Source of the DNA: a virus
Lineage: Duplodnaviria > Caudoviricetes
Length of the DNA stretch: 64,000 nucleotides
Reading direction: 5' to 3' (one strand)
IMG/VR virus record: IMGVR_UViG_3300028833_000121
Span: 19,933 to 83,932 of that record
The stretch's first letter is position 1. Every line of letters starts with the position of its first letter. The notes under the pieces were generated by a model. The model had not been told where the DNA came from and made no database searches. It was given only the letters and a program-made list of their open reading frames with translations. The translations under genes were made by a program, and so were the position numbers. Shown here one piece after another: positions 20,355-31,318 of the stretch.

Positions 20355-23300
20355 ATGGAGTATACAGGTAGTATTCATACGCATACTGATTATAGCAACA
20401 TTCGTCTTAGGGACTGTATCATCAAGCTAGAAGACGGAATTGCGTATGCAGAAAAGCTTGGGCATAAAGTAATCGGTATAACTGACCATGAGTTTACTGG
20501 TTCTTGGGTCAAAGCAAAAAGAATAGCAAAGAAACATCCAGATATTAAAGTTATACTTGGTAATGAAATCTATCTTTGTCGAAACGGGCTTAACGTGCAG
20601 AATTATAATAGAGAATATGATAGATATTTTCACTTTATTCTTTTGGCAAAAGACCGAGAAGGCGCACGTCAGATAATGGAAATATCAACCCGTGCGTGGA
20701 AACGTTCTTACATGGCGCGCGGTATGCGTAGGGTTCCAACATATTATCAGGATTTGTTTGATATTATCGGTGCAAATCCTGGTCATGTAATAGGTTCAAC
20801 TGCTTGTCTAGGCGGCGCGCTACCTACACAATTATTAAGATATAGAGATAGTAAAAATGAACAATTAAAAGAAAAGATTGCCATTTGGGTGCAACAGATG
20901 AGCAGTCTTTTTGGCGACGGTAATTTTTATTTAGAACTTCAGCCAAGTAAAAATAAAGATCAAATTTATGTAAATCAAAGATTATTGGATATATCTAATG
21001 CGACGGGAATTCCATATATCATTACAACTGACTCTCATTATATTAAAAAAGAAGATAGAATTATTCATAAATCTTATCTTAATGCGCAGAATGGCGATAG
21101 AGAAGTTGATGAGTTCTATGCGACAACTTATATGATGGGAACAGAAGAACTTGAAAGTTTTTTTAGCTATTTATCACGTGAGCAGCTTGATAAAGCATAT
21201 AGTAATATTGAAAATATTATGAATATGTGCGAAGAATATTCTCTTGAGAAACCGTTGCGTATTCCTAATTTAAAATGGCATAGTTTTCTTTCGTATAAAG
21301 AAGAATATCCGAAATGGTTTGAACTTATTCCAGCATTGGAAAAATTTAATAAATCACAATATCCAGCAGATAGACAATTAGTCGCAGCAATTATTAGCGG
21401 TATTAAATCGCATCCAGATGTACAAAATGAAGAAGCATATAAAGAAATAAATCTTTGTCTTGAAGATACATGGGTTTCATCTGAAGTTAATAAAACACAA
21501 TGGAGTGCATATTATCTTAATCTTCAAAATATTATTGATGTATGTTGGGAAGCAGATAGTATTGTAGGCCCTGGGCGTGGTTCCGGTGTAGGATTTATAT
21601 TATTATATGTATTGGATATAACGCAGATTAATCCTATGCGTGAAAAGACTAAAACATATAGATGGAGATTTTTGAATCCCGCGCGAGTATCAGTGCTTGA
21701 TGTCGATTTTGATATTGAGGGTTCAAAACGCGCGCAAGTATTATCTAAGTTTAGAGAAGTCTATGGTGAAGATTATGTAGCAAACGTAGCAACTTTTAGA
21801 ACTGAGAAGTCTAAGTCTGCTATATTAACTGCGGCGCGTGGTTTAGGTATTGATGTAGACATCGCGCAATATATCGCAAGTCTTATCCCCGCAGATAGAG
21901 GATTATTGCGAAGTCTTGACCAGTGTATGTATGGCGATGTAGAAAATAATTTTAGTCCAATTAAGCAATTTGTTTATGAAATGACAGAGAACTATCCAGA
22001 ACTTTGGCAAGTCGCGCATGGAATTGAAGGCTTGATTTGCGGCAGCGGCATTCACGCAGGTGGAATTATTTTTGTGGATGAACCATTTACAGAATCTACT
22101 GCATTGATGCGCGCGCCCGATGGCACAATTTGTACGCAGTTTGAACTACATGATAGCGAAGCAGTTTCTTTGATTAAATATGACGCATTGTCTGTTGAAG
22201 CGATGGATAAAATCCATAATTGTATTAATCTTTTGTGTGATTATGGATATGCAGAACGTAAAAATAGTCTAAAAGAAACTTATGAAAATATAATTGGTGT
22301 ATATAATATAGAGCGTGACGCGCCGGATATGTGGAAAATGGTTTGGAATCACGAGATTCAATCTCTATTCCAAATGGAAAAACAATCTGGTATAGCAGGT
22401 ATCGCGCTCTTGAAACCTACGTCAGTAGACGACTTAGCAACTTTAAATTCTGTTATTCGTTTGATGGCGCAAGAAAAGGGCGGTGAAATGCCGACTAATA
22501 AGCTCGCGCGATTCAAAGCGAACCCGGAATTATGGGATAAAGAGATGGAGAATTGGGGTTTAAGCGAAAATGAGCGCGCAATTCTCCATAAAGAACTTGA
22601 TACATCTTACGGTATTTGTGAATCACAAGAAGGATTTATGCAGCTAGTACAAACTCCGGAATGTGGTGGGTTTGACCTAACATGGGCAGATAGGTTGCGT
22701 AAAAGTATTGCGAAAAAGAATCCAAAGGAATTTGACCAACTTACAGAAGAATATTATCAAAATATAAAAGATAAGAATTTAAGTCGTAATCTTTGTGACT
22801 ATGTATGGAAGGTTTTGGTTGCGTATAGCCGCGGCTATGGTTTTAATAAATCTCATACTCTTGCATATAGTCTTATCGCTCTTCAAGAAATGAATCTTGC
22901 GTATAAGTATCCTATTATCTTTTGGAATTGCGCTTGTTTGATTAATGATGCGGGCGGAGATGAAATGACAGAAGATGAAGAAACTATTTTTGAAGAAACC
23001 GCAGAAGTTTCTTGGAATAATGAAATAGAAGATTTCACAGGATCAGAAGATGAAGATGATGACGACGATGATGAAGAAGAAGTAAAAGATAAAAAGAAAA
23101 AGAAAGCTAAAAAAATTAATTACGGTAAGATAAGTAGTGCGATTGGTAAAATGAAAATGGAAGGAATTAATATTTCTCCACCAGATATAAATAAATCTAT
23201 ATTTACGTTCTCACCCGATCCTGAAAAGAATGTTATTCGTTACGGTTTTAGCGGAATAACTGGATTAGGTGATGACGCAATCAGAGAAATAATTAATAAT

Positions 23301-23975
23301 CGTCCATATACATCAATAAGCGACTTAATCTCTAAAGTAAAACTCAAAAAGCCACAAGTAATAAATCTTATTAAAGCTGGCGCTTTTGATGAATTTGGAG
23401 ACAGATATAGCTTAATGGAATCTTATATTGAAACTATTTGTGACGCAAAAAAGCGCATAACTTTGCAGAATATGCAAATGATGATTAATTTTAATATGAT
23501 TCCGGAAGAATATAATTTCCAAGTTAGAGTTTTTAATTTTAATAAGTATTTAAAAAAGTGTAAATTTGATAATAAATTTTACTTTTTAGATGAATATAGT
23601 TTTCCTTTCTATGAACAAAATTTTGATATGGATTTATTAGAAAATAGAGATAATATATTCTTCTTGTCGATATTAAAATGGGATAATATCTATCAAAAGC
23701 AAATGGATATTATTCGTCCATGGATAAAGAAAAATGCAGATGAATTATTAAAAACATTAAATGGATATTTAATGGGTGAAACTTGGAATAAGTATTGTCT
23801 TGGCTCTATCTCTAAATGGGAAATGGATAGTACATCTTGTTACTTCCATGCGCATGAACTTAGTAAAGTAGATTATGATTGGTATGGCTTTGATGACTTC
23901 TTCGAATTGCCTTTAACTCCAGAAATAGAAAATCAAATAAGAATTAAAAATAAATTAATTCCTATTTTAGATTAA
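20355..23975 (+). CDS. dnaE: DNA polymerase III alpha subunit (family C)
   Basis: PHP motifs HTHTDYS, TDHE and TTDSHY; PGRGSG; catalytic DVDFD; GIHAGG; GFNKSH. Ends at TAA before the OB domain. Confidence 0.92.
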   Translation: MEYTGSIHTHTDYSNIRLRDCIIKLEDGIAYAEKLGHKVIGITDHEFTGSWVKAKRIAKKHPDIKVILGNEIYLCRNGLNVQNYNREYDRYFHFILLAKDREGARQIMEISTRAWKRSYMARGMRRVPTYYQDLFDIIGANPGHVIGSTACLGGALPTQLLRYRDSKNEQLKEKIAIWVQQMSSLFGDGNFYLELQPSKNKDQIYVNQRLLDISNATGIPYIITTDSHYIKKEDRIIHKSYLNAQNGDREVDEFYATTYMMGTEELESFFSYLSREQLDKAYSNIENIMNMCEEYSLEKPLRIPNLKWHSFLSYKEEYPKWFELIPALEKFNKSQYPADRQLVAAIISGIKSHPDVQNEEAYKEINLCLEDTWVSSEVNKTQWSAYYLNLQNIIDVCWEADSIVGPGRGSGVGFILLYVLDITQINPMREKTKTYRWRFLNPARVSVLDVDFDIEGSKRAQVLSKFREVYGEDYVANVATFRTEKSKSAILTAARGLGIDVDIAQYIASLIPADRGLLRSLDQCMYGDVENNFSPIKQFVYEMTENYPELWQVAHGIEGLICGSGIHAGGIIFVDEPFTESTALMRAPDGTICTQFELHDSEAVSLIKYDALSVEAMDKIHNCINLLCDYGYAERKNSLKETYENIIGVYNIERDAPDMWKMVWNHEIQSLFQMEKQSGIAGIALLKPTSVDDLATLNSVIRLMAQEKGGEMPTNKLARFKANPELWDKEMENWGLSENERAILHKELDTSYGICESQEGFMQLVQTPECGGFDLTWADRLRKSIAKKNPKEFDQLTEEYYQNIKDKNLSRNLCDYVWKVLVAYSRGYGFNKSHTLAYSLIALQEMNLAYKYPIIFWNCACLINDAGGDEMTEDEETIFEETAEVSWNNEIEDFTGSEDEDDDDDDEEEVKDKKKKKAKKINYGKISSAIGKMKMEGINISPPDINKSIFTFSPDPEKNVIRYGFSGITGLGDDAIREIINNRPYTSISDLISKVKLKKPQVINLIKAGAFDEFGDRYSLMESYIETICDAKKRITLQNMQMMINFNMIPEEYNFQVRVFNFNKYLKKCKFDNKFYFLDEYSFPFYEQNFDMDLLENRDNIFFLSILKWDNIYQKQMDIIRPWIKKNADELLKTLNGYLMGETWNKYCLGSISKWEMDSTSCYFHAHELSKVDYDWYGFDDFFELPLTPEIENQIRIKNKLIPILD

Positions 23976-24316
23976 GTAGAATTTGCGGCACAGTTCTTGA
24001 TAGAGATAAGAATAAAAAGAATGTAACATTATTAACTCCAAGTGGAGTAGTAACAGTTAAAATTTATGGCGATGCATTTTCTCATTATGATAAGCAAGTA
24101 TCTGAACGAGGAGCCGATGGGAAAAAACATGTAGTTGAAAAGTCTTGGTTCCATCGTGGTAATAAGATTATCGTAACTGGTATCCGTCAAGAAGATGGGT
24201 TTTTGGCTAAGAAATATAGTCGAACTCCATTCCATTTAGTAGAACTCATAACTAATATTAATGAAGATGGAACTATTGATTCCCGTGGCGAACGCATGGA
24301 GGTTACAGAACATTGA
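23954..24316 (+). CDS. dnaE: C-terminal OB-fold segment of DnaE, in the -1 frame
   Basis: LSRICGTVLDRDKNKKNVTLLTPSGVVTVKIY...GNKIIVTGIR...TGA has no start codon of its own. It joins the main frame if one T is added to CCTATTTTAG. Confidence 0.7.
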   Translation: MNSYFRLSRICGTVLDRDKNKKNVTLLTPSGVVTVKIYGDAFSHYDKQVSERGADGKKHVVEKSWFHRGNKIIVTGIRQEDGFLAKKYSRTPFHLVELITNINEDGTIDSRGERMEVTEH

Positions 24317-25392
24317 TAATTGGTTTATGGGATGCGGATTTTATGAAATATAAGTAGCCAGTTTTCAATTTAGAGCTTATGAAGCTGGCTACTTATTATA
24401 AACAAAAAAAAGATATAGTTAAATTGGCTCCAATATTTGACCCTTATAAATATACAAAGTTTATTTATCGGAAGGACTGGGATGATGGCGATTATCCTAA
24501 AGAAATTTTTTTAAATAATGTAGTGTATGGCGGGCGCGCCTTTGGGGGAAAATATAAACCTTTAAGCTTAGATATAGAGCGTGTCCAACCAGATACTTAT
24601 CTATATCAAGCATTTAGTAAAGAATTTCATGGAATGTAGCTAAGTTATTTTAATATGATGTAGAACTCTGCACATATTAGACTTTCTTTAGATGGGAAGA
24701 CAATTTGGCAAGATTATAAGAAAAGTTTTACTTTTAACAGTAAAACTCGAAGTTTCTTTTTCCATGATTATGATTTGAATAAAATACAAAATAGCGCTGA
24801 AGAAATTAAATAGCTAATTGAAAGTGATGGTAGTAAGGTTGGACGTTTTGTAGGAATGAAATTCCCAGTTCAAGTCAATAATAAAGCTGACTTAGCGCAA
24901 TGGTTGGCTCTACCTGGCGCGCAGGTATATTATTCAATTCAATATAATGGAATTATGGATGAAGAAGCTTTCAAAGTTTTTCTTTCTGGAAGCGAGCTAT
25001 AGAGCCGTAACTTAGACTATATCGTAACTGCTTCACTATCTGGAGAGGATGATTTTATAAAAAATGGGTTACCAATAATTTATAAATAGCTCTTAATTTC
25101 ATAGATGCATAAAAAAAGAATTCTACTTAAATACGAAGATGATTTTTTCTAGGATAAAAGATGGGAAGACTTAATCGAGTATTTAAATGAATATAATAAA
25201 GCGGACGTCACACGCAGAAGCAAGGTATCAAAAACTCTTTTTTATTATACCAGTCATATATTAGATAAATAGAGTATGTATAAACCTAGATTCTCACGTG
25301 ACTATATAGCTGAACTTTTTGAAATGGTAAGAGAAAAAAATTATGATGTGTTTAAAATGTTTTATGAAAGTACGGGAGGAGATTTTGTATGA
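24313..25392 (+). CDS. Uncharacterised 359-aa protein; N-terminus resembles that of phage radical-SAM proteins
   Basis: TTG start; MIIGLWDADF...FNLELMKLATYYK; nine in-frame TAGs; no CxxxCxxC motif. Confidence 0.6.
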
Positions 25393-25592
25393 GTCCTTTA
25401 GAAATACATGAAAAAATAAAATTTAATAATAAATTAATTCAAGATATGTTTAATCCCAATCAGTTTGTCCTCAATAATACAGTAAGAGATTTATTGAAAG
25501 AAAATGAAAATCTTCAAAAACAATGCCCGCATCACTTTGTAAATGGGTATTGCGAATTTTGTTTTATGGAGGAACCAAATAGTAATGATTAA
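25389..25592 (+). CDS. Small protein with a C-terminal Cys/His cluster
   Basis: QCPHHFVNGYCEFC; ATGA coupling. Confidence 0.55.
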   Translation: MSPLEIHEKIKFNNKLIQDMFNPNQFVLNNTVRDLLKENENLQKQCPHHFVNGYCEFCFMEEPNSND

Positions 25593-25782
25593 ACTTTATA
25601 GTACACATTGTCCAAAATGCAAAGTTCTTACAATTAAGCTTACACAAAAAAATATTAATTTTGAAGTTATAGACGATATTGATACTATGCAGAAGATGGG
25701 GTTCAGAAGCGCGCCGATGCTTGAAGTAGATGGAGAATTAATGGATTTTGCTAAAGCGCTTGCTTGGGTAAGGGAGCAGTAA
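25585..25782 (+). CDS. nrdH: Glutaredoxin / NrdH-like redoxin
   Basis: KLYSTHCPKC...SAPMLEVDG; GGAGG RBS; adjacent to nrdD. Confidence 0.8.
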   Translation: MIKLYSTHCPKCKVLTIKLTQKNINFEVIDDIDTMQKMGFRSAPMLEVDGELMDFAKALAWVREQ

Positions 25783-25785
25783 TAT

Positions 25786-27717
25786 ATGAATATTAATATT
25801 AGACTTGATAAAAATTTTACAACTTAGTTTAATAAGTTGCAAGAAAAATATGGTGAAGAGTTCGCGCGCCTTAATGGTTTAAGTGATGAGCAACTTTCTT
25901 ATACGGATTTTATTTCTAATTTTATTGAATCAGAGACTGTCGCGGACGCTTCTGTAGATAGTAACGCTAATGTTGGTCATAAAGATATAGTAACGCTTCT
26001 TAATGAAATGCCTAAGCCGCATAGAAAACTTCTTGCGCTTCGTAAGATCTATTATGAAATGAATAAGACTTATGGCTTTAAGATTGCTAACGATTGGCTT
26101 GAGAAAGAGTGGTCGCGCGCGCTTTATATGCACGATGCAGATACTTCTACTTTTAAGCCTTACTGCTATGCTTATGACCTTAAAGACCTTGCCGAGCGCG
26201 GTCTGTTTTTCCTTGAAGGATTTAACGCTGAGCCGCCAAAGCACCTTGGAACCTTTATTGATTTTGTAAAAGAATTCATTAGCTATAATGCTAATCGTAC
26301 TTCTGGCGCTTGCGGCTTACCTAATCTTATTCCTTATATGTATTATTTTTGGAGCCGTGATGTAAAGAATAATTATTTTACTCGTGACCCCGAAAGCTAT
26401 GCAAGACAGCATATTCAGCGCTTTATCTACGCAGTCAACCAGCCATGCGTGCGCGATGGTATGCAAAGTGCGTTTACTAATACTTCTATTTTTGACCACG
26501 AGTATCTTATGGCACTTTTTGGCGGTTCTATCTTCCCTGATGGCAAATTTATGGTAGATGAAATCGAAGGCATTATGGATTTCCAAAAGTTATTTATGGA
26601 AGTAATGAGCGAGATTCGTGAGCATAATATGTTTACTTTCCCAGTTAATACTATTTCTCTTTTGAAAGTGAACGGTGAGTTTAAAGATGAAGAGTTCGCG
26701 CGCTGGGCATGTCGGCATAATATGAAATGGAGCGATAGTAATATCTTTGCAGATAGTAGCGTTAATTCACTTTCTAATTGCTGCCGCTTAAAAAGTAATA
26801 TTGAAAATCTTGGCTATTTTAATTCCATTGGCTCTACTGCACTTCGTGTTGGTAGTGTAAAGGTATCTACTATTAATCTCGCGCGCATCGCTTATGAAAA
26901 CAAAACAGAGCGTGAGTATTTAAAGGCTCTTCAAGAGATTACTGAGTTAGACCTTAAGGCGCTTGATTGTGTACGTCATATTATTCAGCGCAATATTGAG
27001 AAGGGACTTCTTCCTAATTACTGCGACGGCTTAATTGATATTAATACATAGTATAATACGATTGGCGTGCTTGGTGTTTATGAAACTATGCGTGCGTTTG
27101 GTTATACAAAGCAAGATGAGCTTGGTAATACTTATTATACGGAAGAAGCATATAAATTTGGAGAAAAAATCTTTAAAGTAATTCATAATACTAAAGACCT
27201 CTTTAATATTGATAAAGATTATAGAATTAATCTTGAAGCAGTTCCCGCAGAACAAGCTGCTGTTAAAATGCAGAAAGCAGACGAAATGTTATATCCAGAA
27301 GTAGTAGTAAAAGATTTGCCGCTTTATGGTAATCAGTTCTTACCGCTCGGTATTAAGGCTACTCTTCAGGAACGTGTTCGTATTGCTAGCACTTTCGACA
27401 GTTATTGTAATGGCGGCTCCATCTTGCACGTAAATATCGAAGCGCCATTTACTAATTTCGATCAAGCCTGGAAGATGTTGAATTATATTACAGATGCGGG
27501 CGTTACTTATTTTGCTTTCACAACAAAAATACAAGCTTGTAAAAATAACCACGCTTTCTTTGGAAAGGTTTGCCCAGTATGCGGTGAACCAGTAGCTACA
27601 GAATATAGTCGTATCGTAGGATTCTATACTCCAGTTCGTACATATTCAAAAGAGCGCAAAGCTGAATGGTAGATGCGTGAGTGGGAGGATGTAAATGAAA
27701 ATCAAATACTTAGTTGA
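25786..27717 (+). CDS. nrdD: Class III anaerobic ribonucleotide reductase without an ATP cone (643 aa, three TAGs)
   Basis: SNCCRL, GSVKVSTINL, EAVPAE, GGSILH, CPVCG and the glycyl-radical motif SRIVGFY. Confidence 0.9.
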
Positions 27718-28201
27718 AGAAGATTTTGTTAATTACAAAAAACCTTCGCTATTTATCGGATTTCCTACTTGTAGTTTTAAATGCGGAGAAATGAATTGCT
27801 AGAATAGTTCATTAGCTCGCACGGAAGATATTGAAATTTCTAAAGAAAGTATTTGTGAAAGATATAAAAGTAATGAAATAACTGAGGCTTTTGTCTTTGG
27901 TGGTTTAGAACCTTTTGATAGCTTTATGGATTTAATAAGTCTTATAGATTGTATTAGAAATAAATATAATATTAAAGATGATATTGTAATCTATACTGGA
28001 TATACAAAAGATGAATTAGAAAAAGGCCAATTTGGAAAAGATAGTGAAGTATCAAAAACAAATTATAAATATTTAATAGATACATATAAAAATATTATAA
28101 TTAAATTTGGTCGTTATTATCCTAACCAAACTGCACATTTTGACGAAATTCTCGGAGTAAATCTTATAAGTAATAATCAATATGCGGAGAAAGTTTCATA
28201 A
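27695..28201 (+). CDS. nrdG: Class III RNR activase (radical SAM)
   Basis: FPTCSFKC...NC(TAG)NS, GGLEPF, IYTGY and KFGRY. Confidence 0.85.
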
Positions 28202-29424
28202 TGGAAAATACCAAAGGATTAGATAACTTTATTAATTCAACTCTTGGCCTCGGGCATGGCTATTTAGCTAAAATGCTCGAACTAGAAGAAGAGCGTCAAG
28301 AACGAAATATTGAATTAATTGCTAGTGAAAATTATGCTTCTGAAGCAGTTAGGTTAGCTATGGCTTCTTGTTTAACTAATAAATATGCTGAAGGCTACAG
28401 CGGAAATAGATTCTATGGTGGCTGTGAATATATAGATAAAATAGAAGATTGTTGTAAGTAGACCTGGCAAAGAGTATTTAATACTGACTATAGTGTAAAT
28501 GTATAGCCGCACAGCGGTACACAAGCTAATCTTGCTGTTTATAACGCACTATTAAAACCAGGAGATACAATATTTTCATTAGACCTAAACAGCGGAGGCC
28601 ATTTGTCTCATGGCTCATCAGCCAATCTTAGCGGTAAAATATATAAAAGAATAGCTTATTCTGTTGATGAAAATGGATATATAGATATGGACCATATTTT
28701 TAGTGTTATTTTACGCGAAATACCAAAACTAATTATAGTTGGCGCCTCTGCATATCCACGTCAAATTAATTTTAAATGGATAAAAGATATAATTGACGCT
28801 TATAGACCCAAATTTAATATCTATCTTATGGCAGATATAGCGCATATTGCTGGATTGGTCGCGGCCGGTGTACACCCAAGTCCATTCGGATATGCCGATG
28901 TAGTTACAACTACTACACATAAGACTTTGCGCGGTCCACGCGGTGGTTTAATCTTCTGTAGACCAGAATTGGAAAAGAAGATTAATAGTGGTGTATTTCC
29001 TGGTACACAAGGCGGCCCATTAGAGCATGTAATACTTGCTAAAGCAGTCTGCGCGGAAGAAGCATTAAGACCCAGTTTTAAAGAATACATTAAGTAGGTA
29101 GTTTCTAATGCCAAAGAAATGGCAGATACCTTTGTCGAATTGGGATATGATGTAGTGACTGGTGGAACGGATACTCATTTATTCTTAATTGATTTTTCTA
29201 AAACACATCCAGATCTTACAGGGCGCGCCGTGTAGGAAGAATTAGACAAATATGGTATAACTCTTAATAAGAATTGCGTTCCTAATGAAAAAAGAAGTCC
29301 TTATTTAACAAGTGGTATCAGAATTGGTACTCCCGCCATGACAACGCGCGGTTGGAAAGAAGCAGACTTTTAGAAATGCGCACTTAAAATAGATAGTATA
29401 ATTAAAAATTTGACTAATAAATAA
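28201..29424 (+). CDS. glyA: Serine hydroxymethyltransferase (407 aa, five TAGs)
   Basis: LIASENY, NKYAEGY, NV(TAG)[18 protein letters not shown]-lysine [14 protein letters not shown] and [14 protein letters not shown]. Confidence 0.95.
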
Positions 29425-29438
29425 AAATATGATATAAT
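29410..29438 (+). promoter_or_regulatory. SigmaA-type promoter
   Basis: TTGACT-17-TATAAT with TG extension, overlapping the end of glyA. Confidence 0.75.
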
Positions 29439-29464
29439 ATTAATAGTAGGAGGAAACTATAGCT

Positions 29465-30292
29465 ATGGAAAAATTTGGTTTTGGCGTAGCTCCTTCTAAA
29501 ATAGATTTGCGCGATTATCGTGCTAAATTTAAAGGAGTTGCTACTGCTAAGTAGTTCCCCGCAGTATTTGAATTACCAATGCCTGCGGTTAAAAATCAGC
29601 ATGATGTAGGTAGTTGCGTCGCGCATTCATTATCTACAGCAATCGAATATTTTAATACTGTTGAAACCGGAGAAAATAGGACTATGAGTACCGGATATAT
29701 CTATGGCAACCGGCGCGGTAGTTCTTGGAAGGGAGAAGGTATGAGAGTAAGAGACGCACTTAAAAATGCGTGTAGTTATGGAGACGTTTAGAAATATCTT
29801 ATGCCCGCGAATGTTGAAGTTCCGGAAGCTATTACTATATTCGAATCAAATATAAATTAGTTAAAGCCCTACGGGGTAAAAAACAAGATTGCTAAGTTTT
29901 TTAAACTAAATGGCGCGGCCGCGATGAAACAGTGCCTTATGGAACATGGGCCGTTACTTGTTATTGTAGAATGGCATAGCGACAATTAGCTTAGAAACGG
30001 TATCTTAACTATTAGTAATAATAAGGATACTCTTGAAGGACAGCACTGTATGGTTTGTTATGGTTGGAATCAAAAAGGTTGGATGATACAAAATTCTTGG
30101 GGCAGTACCTGGGGAGATTTAGGCAGAACAATTATTCCATTTAATACTAAGTTTGTTGAAGTTTGGGGTATTTCAGATTCTAAGAATATAGAGAATGATG
30201 GATTAAAGATTAAAAAACCATATCAAAGCGAATTGGGCTAGAAGTTAGCTAAAGGACTTAGTGATTTATTAAATAATATTTTAAAGCGTTAA
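29465..30292 (+). CDS. Papain-like (C1A) cysteine peptidase (275 aa, five TAGs)
   Basis: VKNQHDVGSCVAH (oxyanion Gln and catalytic Cys), GQHCM (His) and IQNSWG (Asn). Confidence 0.85.
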
Positions 30293-30310
30293 AAGGAGTC
30301 ATATTTCTTA

Positions 30311-30967
30311 ATGATTAAGGTAGAAAATATAGAGATTTTTAATTTCGATGGTGCTATGAGAGGATTGCGAAATCCAATGAATAGTTGGGATAAGAGCGAT
30401 AGTTATACAGATGAAATTGGAATTTTTAATATTGGTTCTAATGATATGAAGCTCGCGCAACGTATGTTGAACGGCGGTCCTGAAGAATCTAAATTTATGC
30501 GGCAGATAATGATAAGTATGGATATAGATGCCCCTATTTTTTGGTGGAAAGAAATGGACACCTATAAAGTAGGAACTACTGCTAATTCATGCTCTACAAT
30601 GCACAAACTCACAAGCGAAGAAATCAGCGCGCAAAACTTTTCATTCATTAAACCAGAAGAATTTGAAGACCAATATAATCAATATTTTATTAAAACCGCA
30701 CAAGAAGAAATTATTCAATATTGTGAAATTCTTCGTAAAGCATATAATAAAACAAAAGATAAACGCATATGGCGCGCACTCATAGAAATCTTACCTGAAG
30801 GATGGAATCAGCGTCGCACATGGACAGCAAACTACCAAGTTTTAAGAAATATTTATTTCCAGCGTAGATTTCATAAATTAGACGAATGGAGAGAGTTCTG
30901 TAAGATAATTGAAGGATTACCTTATGGAAAAGAACTTATTTGTTACGAAAAAGCGAAAAAGGAGTAA
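30311..30967 (+). CDS. Divergent ThyX-like (thymidylate synthase complementing) protein
   Basis: AMRGLRNPMNSW, KFMRQI...APIFWWKEMDTYK...NSCSTMH, LPEGWNQ and QRRFHKLDEW; canonical RHR motif absent. Confidence 0.55.
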   Translation: MIKVENIEIFNFDGAMRGLRNPMNSWDKSDSYTDEIGIFNIGSNDMKLAQRMLNGGPEESKFMRQIMISMDIDAPIFWWKEMDTYKVGTTANSCSTMHKLTSEEISAQNFSFIKPEEFEDQYNQYFIKTAQEEIIQYCEILRKAYNKTKDKRIWRALIEILPEGWNQRRTWTANYQVLRNIYFQRRFHKLDEWREFCKIIEGLPYGKELICYEKAKKE

Positions 30968-30973
30968 ATTATT

Positions 30974-31318
30974 ATGACAATTAATTACAAAAATAAATTT
31001 TATATTTATCACCCCGATGGGAAATTTACAGAAGAACAGCTTATGAAAATTCTTGATGCGGCGTACAATATGGGAAAGAATGAAGGTTATAATAACGGAT
31101 ATGAAGCCGGCAGAAAAAGCAATATGACTATTACTTATCCATATTATAATACACCGACTTGGGATTGGACCAAAGTAACCTGTAATTCTACAAGCGGAGA
31201 TGCGGTTATTCCAACTGTAACAACAGCAGCTTCCAATAATCCGCCCAGTATAACTACTACTGCTACTACTACTAATAATATATGCCGGGAGTTTAAGTAT
31301 AATGGAACAGAAAGATAA
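30974..31318 (+). CDS. Hypothetical protein with a Thr-rich tail
   Basis: 114-aa ORF with a GGAG RBS. Confidence 0.55.
   Translation: MTINYKNKFYIYHPDGKFTEEQLMKILDAAYNMGKNEGYNNGYEAGRKSNMTITYPYYNTPTWDWTKVTCNSTSGDAVIPTVTTAASNNPPSITTTATTTNNICREFKYNGTER

Noticed and set aside
22950-23110. Acidic/basic low-complexity insert in DnaE considered as an intein or intron
   Set aside because: It is short and in frame, with no Cys/Ser start, His-Asn end or endonuclease motif.
8345-25392. Possible TGA recoding in addition to TAG
   Set aside because: TGA ends genes at natural C-termini, often in ATGA or GTGA start-stop overlaps (8345, 9039, 9482, 17470, 25389).
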